In this document: one piece after another, positions 9,835-21,807 of the stretch
Layout of the letters: every line of letters begins with the position of its first letter
Numbering within the stretch: position 1 is the stretch's first letter
Source: Octopus sinensis
Lineage: Eukaryota
Assembly: GCF_006345805.1 (NCBI RefSeq)
Contig: NW_021832700.1
Location: forward strand, 1 to 29,827
DNA: 29,827 bases
Direction: 5' to 3'
The notes under the pieces: model-generated
The model's database searches: none
What the model saw: the letters and a program-made list of their open reading frames with translations, nothing else
What the model was told of the DNA's origin: nothing
Program-made: the position numbers and the translations under genes

Positions 9835-10420
9835 GTGGCGAGCTGGCAGAATCGTTTACGCCAAGAAAAATGTTTGCGGCATTTCTTCTAACTTTACTTT
9901 AAGGCGGCGAGCGGGAGAATTGTTTAGCGACATTTCGTCCATCTTTACATTCTGATTCGCTTTCATACTGATTCAGTATTCTTTTATTACCATTGCCAAA
10001 TCATTGTATTTTGACACTTTCTCAACCATCATCTCGATGTATTTTTAGCGGAGGCGGAATTATAAAGCATCAGTTTTTTTTCAAGAATACGGAGGTTTGT
10101 GGTATTTAGTCAAGAATCTTAACGTTTGGAGATCGAACCCTTGGTTGATTTGACCTTCATTTCTTTTTTCTCCTATAATCGATAAGATAAGTAAATCCAG
10201 TTCTGAAAGTGATACAATCAACTACAACTCTCCAAAATTTGTCACCTACCCATGCTAGAACCGGGCTCATTGGTTTGATATTTTCGTTCAAATCCCACTG
10301 AGACCCTATTCATCTGGGTCGATAAAATAAAGTACCAGTCAAATACTGGAACCATCTTAATGGTATATCTCCACCTCACGCCCCCAAATCTGTGGCCTTG
10401 TATCTACGTTAGAAATTATT
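9835..10420 (+). mobile_element. Cluster of truncated or degenerate SINE B pieces
   Basis: Repeated heads (ggcgagctggcagaatcg at ~9837, aaggcggcgagc at 9901) and a core gtcgataaaataaagtaccag...ggccttgtatctacgttagaa at ~10318-10415. Confidence 0.6.
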
Positions 10421-10494
10421 AATTTTATAGCTATTTGTATTTTAGTGTGTGTTAGCTGTCATGAGATCATTGACTGTTTGAAGGATGAGCCGCG

Positions 10495-10520
10495 TTTGTT
10501 TGTTTGTTTGTTTGTGCGTG

Positions 10521-10600
<80 letters not shown>

Positions 10601-10620
10601 GTGTGTGTGCGTGTGTGGCT
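10495..10620. repeat. (GTTT)n(GT)n microsatellite
   Basis: Directly visible. Confidence 0.95.
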
Positions 10621-11217
10621 GTGTGGTCAGAACATTCCACACCTACAAACATTACAAGTGGCACTCTCTCTCTCTCTACGCATCAGCGAGTCAAGTTGAA
10701 AGGAACTTTTACTTTTTAAGCCATCTGTATATAGATTGTCAGATGAGAGGGCAAAAAACATTTAAGATGTCGTTCAGCTTGGGTCATTATCTGAGGGCTT
10801 TACTTTAATTACTTTCGATCAACATTGAAGACTGTTACCAACATCCTGTTGGTCAGTGGCTAGTGTTGAAATGCAGGTGGATTCCCTGCTGTGTTGGACG
10901 ATTTCATCTGGATAAGACACCCAAGTGGCGCCTGACTTACAGGGCCGTCAGTTCTGTTCAGGGAGTGGTGTTTAAATGACAGGGCAGTACTATGTCCGGC
11001 CACACGACCAATGAAGCGTGTATTCAATATGAGAGAAGTTTTGTCATTCATGACCTTACTAGCGTTAAAGAGCTTTCAGCTGTTGTCAATCGGCTGTAAA
11101 GATCTTTTGTAACATTTTTTTTTAACGTTCACCAAGTGGAAATACATCGTTGTAAATAACAGCTTAAATTTTTTTCATGCTGCATCCGTCTTCTCGTATT
11201 TATAATCCTTCCTTTTA

Positions 11218-11222
11218 ATAAA

Positions 11223-11315
<93 letters not shown>

Positions 11316-11335
11316 TGATGATGATGATGATGATA
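11218..11335. repeat. (AAAT)n(AAT)n(GAT)n array
   Basis: Directly visible; forms the 5' flank of element X copy 2. Confidence 0.95.
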
Positions 11336-11872
11336 AGTGACTCTCATGGCTTCTGATCTTAACTAATTGGAAGTGTTATCATGTACATTGTTTTGTCTTG
11401 GTATAAAAGATGGGCTACAGCAAATATTCTGCTTAATACTACAGATTTTCCTGTCAGTTGTTTGACCTTAACCAGTTGAGCATGTCCCTTAGTGGCTGAC
11501 GATATGTGCATCTCTGATCACAAGCAGAAGTAGTGGGGGGGGGAGCATCATCGCCATTTGTTGAGAGGGATTCTTTGGGGTTTGGATAATTCACCTCTGG
11601 AAGCATGGGTGGTTTGTTCAACATCCTTAAGCAACCCTTATCAGGGACCTTTTGAGCAGAATTGGTTACTCGACAAGAAGAAAATTCTAACTGGGCCTCA
11701 CCTGCAAGGTCATGCGCTGTTTATCTTGATATGAGATCACCATGTCGCGCACATATGGTTGTGATGCATGTGCCTGGTGTACCCTTATCAGACAGGTAGT
11801 AATGATGGGTATACTGGGCTTCGTATATTTTACCCCAGTGTCACTTCGATGATATGCACTGCTCTCTCACTC
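11336..11872 (+). mobile_element. Element X, copy 2
   Basis: agtgactctcatggcttctgatc...gcactgctctctcactc, followed by (AAT)n(GAT)n at 11873-11920. Confidence 0.9.
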
Positions 11873-11882
11873 AATAATAATA

Positions 11883-11920
<38 letters not shown>

Positions 11921-12300
11921 AAAAGGAATCTTTCTGTCATAAAAAAGTGTCATTTGAAATATTCTAAATAAATGACTAAGACGGCTTCCATTCTAGAATT
12001 AGGTATACAGGAAATATTACGAGTTTTTAATACAATTTTGTTTTTAAAATTCTAAGAAATTTGGCAGTGAAAGATTCTTACTGATTTATGTTTTGGAGAA
12101 GGGAGTGGAATATTGTTGCATGGTCTAATCACAATTCACCGTTATATCTGTCATATAGAGTTTATGATTGTATTATAACATGTATTAACAAACGAATTTA
12201 TAATATAAGCGCGTATACACATACTCACATGAGTAAGCAAATAAATGCAAAACAAATGTAAAAAAATAGTTCTCGAATACCGAAGGTAAGAATAATATGC

Positions 12301-12511
12301 TTACTCTTTTACTTGTTTCAGTCATTTGACTGCAGCCATGCTGGGTCACCGCCTTTAGTCGAGCAAATCGACCCCAGGACTTATTCTTTGTAAGCCTAAT
12401 TCTTATTCTATCGGTCTCTTTTGCCGAACCGCTAAGTAACGGGGACATAAACACACCAGCATCGGTTGTCAAGAGATGTTGGAGTGACAAACAAAGTCAC
12501 ACAAACGTATT

Positions 12512-12553
<42 letters not shown>

Positions 12554-12716
12554 TACAACGGGCTTCTTTCAGTTTCCGTCTACCAAATCCACTCACAAGG
12601 CTTTGGTCCGTCCGAGGCTATTGTAGAAGACACTTGCCCAAGGTGCCATGCAGTGGGACTGAACCCGGAACCATGTGGTTGGTAAGCAAGCTACTTACCA
12701 CACAGCCACTCCTACA
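12301..12716 (-). mobile_element. SINE family A, full length
   Basis: Reverse complement of the 2054-2460 organisation. Confidence 0.9.
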
Positions 12717-13170
12717 TCTATAAGCCATATTTGAGAATCTTGGACGCGCCTCTGAATTTGTCGGGATACGGGGTGGGGTACAATGAGTAATATTTTTTAC
12801 AAATGTTCGCTACCCTACAAAAACTATATCAGCAAAGTAAATTACCTTCTCTAGCTGCATTATGATACTATAACATATTCAGAGCACTATTTCAGAAAGT
12901 TATCACCGCTGTGTTTGAGCATACACAAGTCTAATGAATAAGACAATAAATTACACTGGTTTACAGAGAAATTGTGACAAACATAAAAATAGTTGTTCTA
13001 GCCTAATTTTGGGGTGCTGATTTCAGATACAAGACCAGTTTTCACTCATCACCTCTAGTTTTTGAGATATACATTATTATGATTTTGTGACAATTCATGT
13101 AACCATATAAATGATCAATTTTTATTTTGTTTTCCAGATTTTCGTGATACATATGATACATATCACTACT

Positions 13171-14761
13171 ATGGCTTCAGACACTTCAAAACACCGAGGA
13201 TGCATTAACAAGGCAAATTCATTCTGCTATGTGTGTGGGGATTTCACGACAGTCGCAGAGTGCCGAACAATTACTTCCCTTCTTAGAACTGCTTGCTACT
13301 TTCATTATTTTGACTACAATTGGAGATTAAGATAAATCCTGGGCCCCACATGTCTGTTGTAAACCCTGCTACAATGGACTAACTGCATGATTTAACATCA
13401 AGAAAGCAACCTTCAACTTTCCTGTCCCGGTGGTCTGGAGAGAGCTATGAACACATGCAAATGATTACTCTTACTCTTTACTCTTTTACTTGTTTCAGTC
13501 ATTTGACTGCGGCCATGCTGGAGCACCGCCTTTAGTCGAGCAAATCAACCCCGGGACTTATTCTTTGTAAGCCCAGTACTTATTCTATCGGTCTCTTTTG
13601 CCGAACCGCTAAGTGACGGAGACGTAAACACGCCAGCATCGGTTGTCAAGCAATGCTAGGGGGACAGACACACAAACACACACACATACAAATACACACA
13701 TATATATATACATATATACGACAGGCTTCTTTCAGTTTCCGTCAACCAAATCCACTCACAAGGCATTGGTCGGCCCGGGGCTATAGCAGAAAACACTTGC
13801 CCAAGATGCCCCGCAGTGGGACTGAACCCGGAACCATGTGGTTGGTTAGCAAGCTACTTACCACACAGCCACTCCTGCGCCTATTGTTATTTTTGTCTAA
13901 CAAATATAGCAGGTTTCAACGCTTCTTCTAGAAAAAAGATCAAATATCCCAACCTGTTCCTCATTCTGATGATCTTCCTATCCGTACACCACCAGCAAAT
14001 AAAGATCTTCTTCCTTCATCAGATGAAGAAATGCCTCCAGGAGAAGATTCTGCCAAGTCGATCTCTTCTAAAAACAATGTCTCTGTTTATTCAGGAGCAA
14101 GTGGTAATGAGCCCCGCTGGATCACGCAGGAGGACCTGAATGACCTTGCCCGTGATTTGTATCTAAGCAGCAGTCAGAGCTCCTGGCATCCCGGCTTAAG
14201 TAGTGGAACCTGGTCAAGGCAGATATAAGGATCACTAGTTTCCGGACATGGAACGAGGATTTTGCTTCATTCTTCGACATGGAAAACAGGTTGTGCTACT
14301 GCATAAATGTCTCTGGCTTGTTTAGCTTCCTTGGTTTCCCGCACAATTTCTCCAGACTGGTGTCTTTTCATAGACTCTTCTAAGCGAAATCTAAAGGCTG
14401 TGCTCCTGCACAATGGGAATAAGTACCTCAGAATTCCCATTGCCTACTCAGTCCATCTGAAGGAGTCGTGTGACAATATGGAGCACCTTTTTGAAGCTGT
14501 CAAGTACAACTACTGCCAGTGGGATCTCTGCCGAAGGGGTTGCTGAATGTCACTCTAAATTCATTTTCTCCGCTCCGACCCCAACTTCTTCCCACCAAAG
14601 CTCGGAGTGATGAGCATGGAGAAAGGTTCCACCAAGATATAACTAAGATGAAGAGCAACTATCAAGGCAAGTGGAACCCCAACATGATAGGGGACTTTTG
14701 CTGGATGCTCTTGCGTGACATCCCGGAGGCAAAGTACACAAGAGCGTCCGAAAAACAATAA
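13171..14761 (+). pseudogene. Disrupted Chapaev3-like transposase
   Basis: Fragments CINKANSFCYVCGD, DKSWAPHVCCKPC, PVVWRE...CYFCLTN, LFIDSSKRNLKAVLLHNGNKY and SDEHGERFHQDI...YQGKWNPNMIGDFCWML, broken by stops, frameshifts, a SINE and an internal deletion near 14530. Confidence 0.8.
13465..13881 (-). mobile_element. SINE family A, full length, inserted in the transposase gene
   Basis: Splits the codons for ND|CYFC (aatgatt ... attgttatttttgt). Confidence 0.9.
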
Positions 14762-15779
14762 AACTCACTTCTGTCTGCTGAACTATGATTTGTGTGTATT
14801 CTATTATCCAAATAATTTAGTTCCATCATTGTTGTGTATCTATGCTGTTTTTCCCCCGTAATATGCTTTTGTAATAGATGAAATAAACACATTATATTTT
14901 GAATTTATATGTAGTATAATTAAAATGGGATATGTGGAAATATATATAAATGGGATATGTGAAAATATTAAAAAAAAACTAGAGGTGATAGAGCAAAACT
15001 GTTCAGGAAATTGAATTCACTACATCAAAATTAGTAAGAAAACATCTATTCACATCCTTGCCTCAGAACAAAAACAAATTTTTGTAAACCAGTGTAATTC
15101 TTCAGAATACACTTGAAAAAGAAGTCATACACAACAATATTCATCCCTAGACATCGGAAAGATCAGAAATGCAACAAAAATTCTAAATATTTTGGTCAAA
15201 TGAAAGAGGATCGAGGGAAAATGGCACATGATATGAAATTAAGTAAACTCGACTAAATTTAGAAACTCAACACAATATATTCTCCATAGCTTTTTCACGA
15301 TCTACTGGGATGGCTCTCTTCCTGATATATTTACGTGCTATGCAGTTAGAGAAGTTGTTCTTAATTATTTTGGCCCACGTTAGACATTATATTTTGAAAA
15401 TTGAAAATTATCAAATCGGTGTGGAAAGAAATTACTTGGAAAATAATTTTGACTGTTAAATACCAAAATTATCCGGATATTTTATTTGCAACCTCAGTTA
15501 CAATCGGGTCGAAGTTGAGGAAAAATTTCTTCAAAATAAAAGTATCTGTCATCTGACTAAGTTTCAAACTCTCTAAACTTCAACAACAACTACGCTGACC
15601 AATTTTTGCTACCAAAGATGATGTAACTGCACAAAATGATGATGCAATACTTTCTAACAAGTAGAGAGAAAATAACGAGAAATCAGAAATTATTTTGTCT
15701 AGATACCTATTTTGCCCCACACCGGTACGCTGCGAATTAGCGCGGTGGTATGACTCCTCCAGAGTGCCGGTGTTAAAAC

Positions 15780-16085
15780 ACCTAAAAGTCATAGACAGGC
15801 GAGACCACTCACCCTTAATTACATTCAGGAGTGATGGATACCGATATTTCGCATTTTGTGGCTTATTAACATCACAAACCATTTGCTGGTATGCCAGGAC
15901 GATGTATCCGTACGAGTACTTTCAATTGGTATATCCTGGTCTTGGGTCATCTTGCTGAAGGTCTCTGAAAAACGTTCCACCACACCCATTGTCCTGTCGG
16001 GCGCAGGCCCAATACAACCGGGTCTATCCTGTCTTTTTCTTCATATACATATGCCCGTCTACGCAGACTTTCTCTCTTCGTGTGC
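15780..16085 (-). pseudogene. Possible FLYWCH zinc-finger / MULE transposase remnant
   Basis: Manual translation REKVCVDGHMYMKKKTG*TRLYWACARQDNGCGGTFFRDLQQDDPRPG (~16085-15930) fits the FLYWCH pattern. The downstream part is only weakly MULE-like. Confidence 0.45.
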
Positions 16086-16374
16086 TTCAAATGTGTGCTT
16101 CGTGTGCTTCAAATGACTTCCATTGAATACGCTATTGTCTTAACGATCATCATAAAATTGCATATTGTTCTGCCTAATATTGTGACCAATCATGTAATAT
16201 CAGAAATAGATATTGAATTGTATCGAAACTGTTCCATTAATTCCATATATTCTAGAACAATATTAAATTTTGTAATGATCAATTCATTGCTTGAGATATC
16301 TGATAAAGACCAGATGAAATGAACTTGAATGGATAATAGTGGCGAAATTACAGGGGAACCTATTTTTGCTGTAG

Positions 16375-16607
16375 CAGCCAGTTTCTGACGGATTTCCCGT
16401 ACCTTTTCTCTGGTACTTTTGATAAGCTGAGGGGTCCGCACACTTCATTCTCAGCCTGTCCAAGTCGATCAACGGTGGAATTAGTCTCTTGAAATTTCTT
16501 GACAACTTTCCAGATAGTAGTTCAGTTAATTTGAACCTTTTTGTTATAACTGTATTACTTTCGTCTCCTTTGTGGAGGGTTATGATTGTATTTCGGTTTA
16601 TAGCCAT
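16375..16607 (-). pseudogene. Tc1-like transposase N-terminal HTH fragment
   Basis: Across frameshifts: MAINRNTIITLHKGDESNTVITKRFKL / TTIWKVVKKFQETNSTVDR / SVRTPQLIKSTREKVR..RKLA. Confidence 0.7.
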
Positions 16608-17554
16608 GTCTAATTTATAAATCTCACTTTATTCAGTCTGGGATCTTTGCGGTTCGATTCACTGCATGTAGAAATCTTTAAGAAAAATTTTTAATGTAGC
16701 ATATACATGTATTTGTGAGTCATTTATTCCAGAAAAATGTTGCAAAGGTGTTACAGGTGTTCAAAGTTTGATAGTTTTCAGAATTTTCAGCCAGTCAGAA
16801 AACAGCGCGTTCGCTGCCTCTTCCATCATCTGTCAAAGAAGCGAAAAAGGAGGTGGGGGCACCGGCATGTCAAAACATTAAACTAGCTACAATAAACATT
16901 AAAAGATTCGCGAGGAAATTAAATATTTAAAACCTATGAAAAAACCAACAGGAGTTGCTAGAAACAACAGTCAAAACATTGAAATATACATGACCAAAGT
17001 AAACAGTGAAAAACATTGAAACATTTGCGATCGAATTAAATATTTAAAAGCTACGAGCAAACCGACAGTAGCTGCTAGAAATAACAGTCAAGACATTGCT
17101 CAAAACAGGCATTTATTTGTTTAAAAAGAGCTCAAGAACGAAAGTTTGTATTACATTCTAGGATTTTATAGAATAAATTATCTTTCTCATATCTCCTTAT
17201 CCGCATAAATTTACAAAGATAAGAGTCAACCGGCGTTTGTTTCCACGCTTTAAAGATGCCCAGGTGCTCTCAATTTGTTGATTACACTAAATTTGGTGGT
17301 TACACTCCTTGTGCGCATGTGCAGCGTCTTTGGTTACTATGGAAACAGTTTTTCGTCACGGTGATGTGTAAAATACTCGCTTCTAATTGGCTAAATTACC
17401 CAAATTTAGCAAATTTCAAAGGCTAATAACTTTTTAATTGCAGATTTATTGGATAAATGAATTTCATTTTCATAATTAGTATACAAAACTTAATCCATAT
17501 ACTAAATCTGAAAACGATAGGGAAAAGTGTGACGAAAACCACAAAGATCCATAG

Positions 17555-17599
17555 TTATGTGTGTGTGTATGTGTGTGAGTGTATATGTGTGTGTATGTG

Positions 17600-17641
<42 letters not shown>

Positions 17642-17642
17642 A

Positions 17643-17695
<53 letters not shown>

Positions 17696-17697
17696 AG

Positions 17698-17728
<31 letters not shown>

Positions 17729-17740
17729 GTATTTGTATCT
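17555..17740. repeat. (TG)n/(TA)n microsatellite
   Basis: Directly visible. Confidence 0.95.
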
Positions 17741-17749
17741 ACGTGTGTG

Positions 17750-17883
17750 CCTTTCTGTTTGCGTTTGTCTCCAACCCCGCTTGCAACAAGTATTTCTTTG
17801 TTTACGGTTCGGCAAAAGGAGAACGATAGAACAAGTACAGGGCTAAATAGATAAATAAATATATAAATGAATGAATGAATGAA

Positions 17884-17922
<39 letters not shown>

Positions 17923-18015
17923 AGTACTTGAGTCGATTTATTCGACTAAAACCTTCAAGGCGGTACCTCAGCATGGTCGCAGTCTAATGACTGAAACAAA
18001 TAAAAGAATAAAAGA
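17750..18015 (+). mobile_element. SINE family A-related 3' half with internal (GAAT)/(AAAT)n
   Basis: cggttcggcaaaaggagaacgatagaacaagtac...gtcgatttattcgactaaaaccttcaaggcggtacctcagcatggtcgcagtctaatgactgaaacaaataaaagaataaaagaat. Confidence 0.75.
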
Positions 18016-18039
18016 ATGAAAGAATTTATACATAATTAT

Positions 18040-18076
18040 AAACGTACATACATACATACATACATACATACATACA

Positions 18077-18108
<32 letters not shown>

Positions 18109-18242
18109 AACAAACACACACACACACACACAAACATACATACATACATACATACATACATACATACATACATACATACATACATACATACATACATACA
18201 TACATACATAATACATACATACATACATTACATACATACATA
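18040..18242. repeat. (TACA)n/(CA)n microsatellite
   Basis: Directly visible. Confidence 0.95.
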
Positions 18243-18571
18243 AAATTTGAGAGGTTATCAAGTACGTTATAGTCTACCCTGCTTTCTCCATGTTTCTTTT
18301 CTTTCTTTCTCTCCTATCTTTTCATTCTTTCTTTCTTTTCTTCCTTTCTTCCTTCTTTATATTCTTAGATAAAAGATGGTGAGGACTGTTAGAGAGACAT
18401 GAAGGCTGTGACCTCCCTGTATCTGTCCCATCGCCCCTAGTATGGCCTCTGTTCTTTTAAACTTGCAATGTTTACCAACGTTTGCTGTGACCCTGCTCGA
18501 CACAATACACTTGGATCTTTTTTAATTTCTTCCCACCTTCAGACTTTTTTCTAATTTTTCTCTACGGACGC

Positions 18572-18716
18572 GGCGCAAGCGTGGCTCTGTGGCAAGATGC
18601 TTGCTTTCGAACCACATGATTCCAGGTTCAATGAGCGTAGCCCGTCGTACATGTGTGTGTGTATGTGTGCGTGTATATGTGCGTGTGTATGTGTGTGTGA
18701 GTGTGTGTGTGTTTGC

Positions 18717-18766
<50 letters not shown>

Positions 18767-18790
18767 TATGTGTGTGTGTGTGTGTGTACG
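18572..18790 (+). mobile_element. SINE A head fragment followed by a TG/TA microsatellite
   Basis: ggcgcaagcgtggctctgtggcaagatgcttgctttcgaaccacatgattccaggttcaa. Confidence 0.65.
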
Positions 18791-18977
18791 TACATACAGG
18801 TGTCCCTAAATAAGGCAACCGCAGTTTTGAGCTTTAATAATTATCAATAAATGAGATAAGATATGAAAATTATACATCGTTATAAAAGCTTAGCTTGTTT
18901 TTATAACAGTAGGAATTTGATTCAAGAACGGTATAGAGGTTTTAGAACAGTGACTGTTATTTCTAGCAACTCCGGTT

Positions 18978-19982
18978 GGATAGAGATCGACCAGTTCAAA
19001 GCCACATTCACGCTCAGCAGCCATTGAAAACAAAGACTTGTAAGCAGGAGCGTTGTCCTGATGAGGCAAGACCCCTTTCATAAATTTTCCTGGGCATTTG
19101 ATCTTCGTAGCCTTTCGTAATTGCCTCAGCAAGTTGGCATATTACTCTCCATTGATGATGTAGCTCCTCTGAAGATAGTCAATAAGCACAATGCCTTTTG
19201 CACCCCCCAAAAGACTGAAACCATCACCTTCTCTGCAGATGAAACAACCTTGGTTTTCTTTGGAGCAGGAGAGGAGGAATGTTTCCACTAAATGAATTGT
19301 CTCTATCCCTGGCTAAAAGTGATGAACTCAACTCTCATCCTAGCTTAGGAAGCATTCAAAGAATCCAACCGGATCTGCCTAAAACAATGTCAGATTTTTC
19401 TGTGATGTAATCAACCTGGTGTGCTTTTTATCAGATGTCAGATGTTGTACCCATAGAGCAGAAACCTTAATCAAACCAAGTTCATTGTGCAGAATATTCT
19501 CAACTCTCAAACGAGGTATGCTAATAGCATTGGCTATTTGATTTATAGACAATTACCTATGGTCCCTCAATATGTGGTGAATATGATCAATGTATTCCTC
19601 GGAGGTGGCAATTTCAGGACGTCCAGAACTTGGGTAATCTTCAAGGCTCTTCTTTCCTCTCCTAAATTCCGCTACCCACTTTTGCACTGTTGATAAAGTT
19701 AGAGCGTCATCCCCCTAATGTAGCAACCATGCCAGCATGAATGTCCTTGAGGGCTAAACTGTTTTTCTGCAGGTATTTGATGATACCACAATGCCAAATT
19801 TTGTCCATTTTCAATTCGCTACTAGTTACATTTGAAGTCTTCTTTCAACAGTTAGCTATCAGTTTACTTGGAAAGAAACAAGAAGTTATTAATAATATTT
19901 GAAATTAATGCATGCAAGATTTCACAGCTCTAGCATCACTTCTTCATAGTCAGCCTATGAACTTTTCAGCACACCCTTGTAT
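18978..19982 (-). mobile_element. Mariner transposon, 3'-truncated, with decayed transposase (ATG 19808)
   Basis: 5' TIR tacaagggtgtgctgaaaagttc. Translation MDKIWHCGIIKYLQK...TVQKWVAEFRRG...SGRP..., KVSALWV, VMVSVFW.AKGIVLIDYL, VLPHQDNAPAY; stops and frameshifts present. Confidence 0.9.
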
Positions 19983-20779
19983 GTATGCAGGATTTTTTCT
20001 TTTCGGTATTGTGAGTTCTTCCAATAAAGAGATTTTAAACTAAGAAACAAAACTCCAACAATAGTGGTATTTTGAAAAGTTTCACTTTCCGATTCTTTTC
20101 TAAACTGTGTCTCATTATATTGCTTTTCAATATTGACGCTTATATTTTCGTGGTGGCACCAATAAATGGCAGCCTTAAAAAGTGGTTATGCATAAACCAT
20201 TTGAAGAATGTGTCTTGTGTATAAGAAGTGTATAAGAATTTCCTTGATGTCTATAATGAATCAGCCTGTCGGATGGTATAAACACGCTTCCTACATTCTC
20301 ATCTTGTTATTTTTTCCGAATACCATGTGGAATAAGCATTAAGCAAGGAGAACGATTCCATTCAAAATATTCATGCAATGTAAACAGGATGCCAGGGGTT
20401 TTGAAATGAAAGCATAATGGTTGATTGTCGTTGGATGTAATATCATGATGATTCAGATCAAATTTGTCAGAAAAAAGCATCATACGCAAAACTTTTATAA
20501 ACTTGAATATTTTTCAAAGCATCTCAGAAATCTGGCATCAAAACGATGCTAAGATAAATTATGTATAGATTTATAAGTGTATTTCAGTTTAAGTAATAAA
20601 CAAATTTTCTTCCAAATGTTACCAAGCACTGATAAAATCGGCAAAAAATTTTGACGACAGCCATGGTTCAAAAACTAGATAAACTAGGGAAGATATAACA
20701 AATTTGAGATCAGAGTCCAAAACACATTAAAAGAACAACTAATTTTATCATCAATCATCATGACATGACTCTGAGGTTC

Positions 20780-20910
20780 AGAAGTACGCTTCCCAACCAC
20801 GTGGTTTCATATTCTGTTCCACTCCGAGAGTCACTTTGGACAAGTGTTTTCTATCACAACATCGAGACGACCGATACCTTGTGAATCGATTTGATAGACG
20901 GAAGAACGCC
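20780..20910 (+). mobile_element. Highly diverged SINE A head
   Basis: cttcccaaccacgtggtttcatattctgttccact...ttggacaagtgttttcta...ccttgtgaatcgatttgatagacggaa. Confidence 0.55.
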
Positions 20911-21004
20911 ATGTGTCTGTCTACTTGTATGTCTGTCAGTCTATCTGCAGGTATGTATGTATGTATGTATGTATGTATGTATGTATGTATGTATGAGAAT
21001 TAGT

Positions 21005-21380
21005 GTTGCGAAGACTAAGAAAGTTTTCTCAGTGCACTCTGCATGTTAGTGGAAAATCACTGAGGCAGGTGGAGAAGTATAAGCATCTTGAGGTTGTATC
21101 TATGGGTGATGGGAAGCAGACGGTCAAATTGGATGCGAGAATTGCACACGCTGGCACAGAAATGCGATCCTCATAAGAGGAGAGATTAGTTAAAAAAAAA
21201 AAGAAAAGAAAAAAAACCAAACTTGGTATTTTCAATTCAGTTTTGTGGCCATCGTCGCCTGTGCTCGTGGGTGCTGGGTAATGACCGAAAGAGTGCAAGT
21301 AGTGGTCAAATGACCGCTAACACCAGTGGTCGAAATGCGGCTCCTCCGAAAGATCTTGACTGGTGCGTTGCTCAGAGATA
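21005..21380 (+). mobile_element. RTE-clade LINE RT/thumb fragment
   Basis: Manual translation LHVSGKSLRQVEKYKHLEVV..DGKQTVKLDARIAHAG...KTKLGIFNS, resembling RTE 'L.QVEKFKYLG....DG....EID.RI'. Confidence 0.65.
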
Positions 21381-21465
21381 AGGGAGTTTCTCCAGGTCGA
21401 TCTGCTACCCCGTCTAATACGCTTTCAGAACACCAACCTCAGACAGATAATTTGATTACCTAGAT

Positions 21466-21807
21466 CAGTGGTTCTCAACCATTTTTCTTGTATGGACCCC
21501 TTTTATAGCTATTTTACTCTGGTGGAACCCCATAGTCATTAGATGTTTCAAAACTAGTTTTATAGATACTTTTTTCAAAATTCCTATGTTGTCATCCACA
21601 CTTTCACTCATATAGGTTGAACTATATAAAACGTTAGAGAAAAAATTCTATTCTAGTCGTTCCCTGCAATAGATACATTTAAATCAAAATTTACATGGTC
21701 ACATAAAATACAAATGTAAATCCCCAATATACTATTTGGCCAGCGTGAACCCCGAAAAATCTGATATGGATCCCAGGGGTCATATGAACCCCAATTGAGA
21801 ATTACTG
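21466..21807. mobile_element. 342-bp hAT-type MITE
   Basis: Termini CAGTGGTTCTCAA / TTGAGAATTACTG. 8-bp TSD acctagat (21458-21465) / gcctagat (21808-21815). Confidence 0.88.

Larger units (their letters stand above)
12954..15094 (+). mobile_element. Internally deleted DNA transposon with both ends; Chapaev3-like (CMC superfamily)
   Basis: Termini CACTGGTTTACA / TGTAAACCAGTG flanked by tta / taa. Subterminal inverted match atcacctctagttttt / aaaaactagaggtgat. Transposase remnants between them. Family name is from motif recognition. Confidence 0.8.

Noticed and set aside
10800-11100. Possible CR1 3' remnant or exon
   Set aside because: No motif strong enough in any frame.
18795-18950. Tc1-like end (tacaggtgtccct...)
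   Set aside because: No partner TIR or coding remnant found next to it, so it is too weak to call.
20150-20490. Decayed piggyBac-like or host coding fragment on the minus strand
   Set aside because: Motif resemblance is only impressionistic, with multiple stops and no termini.
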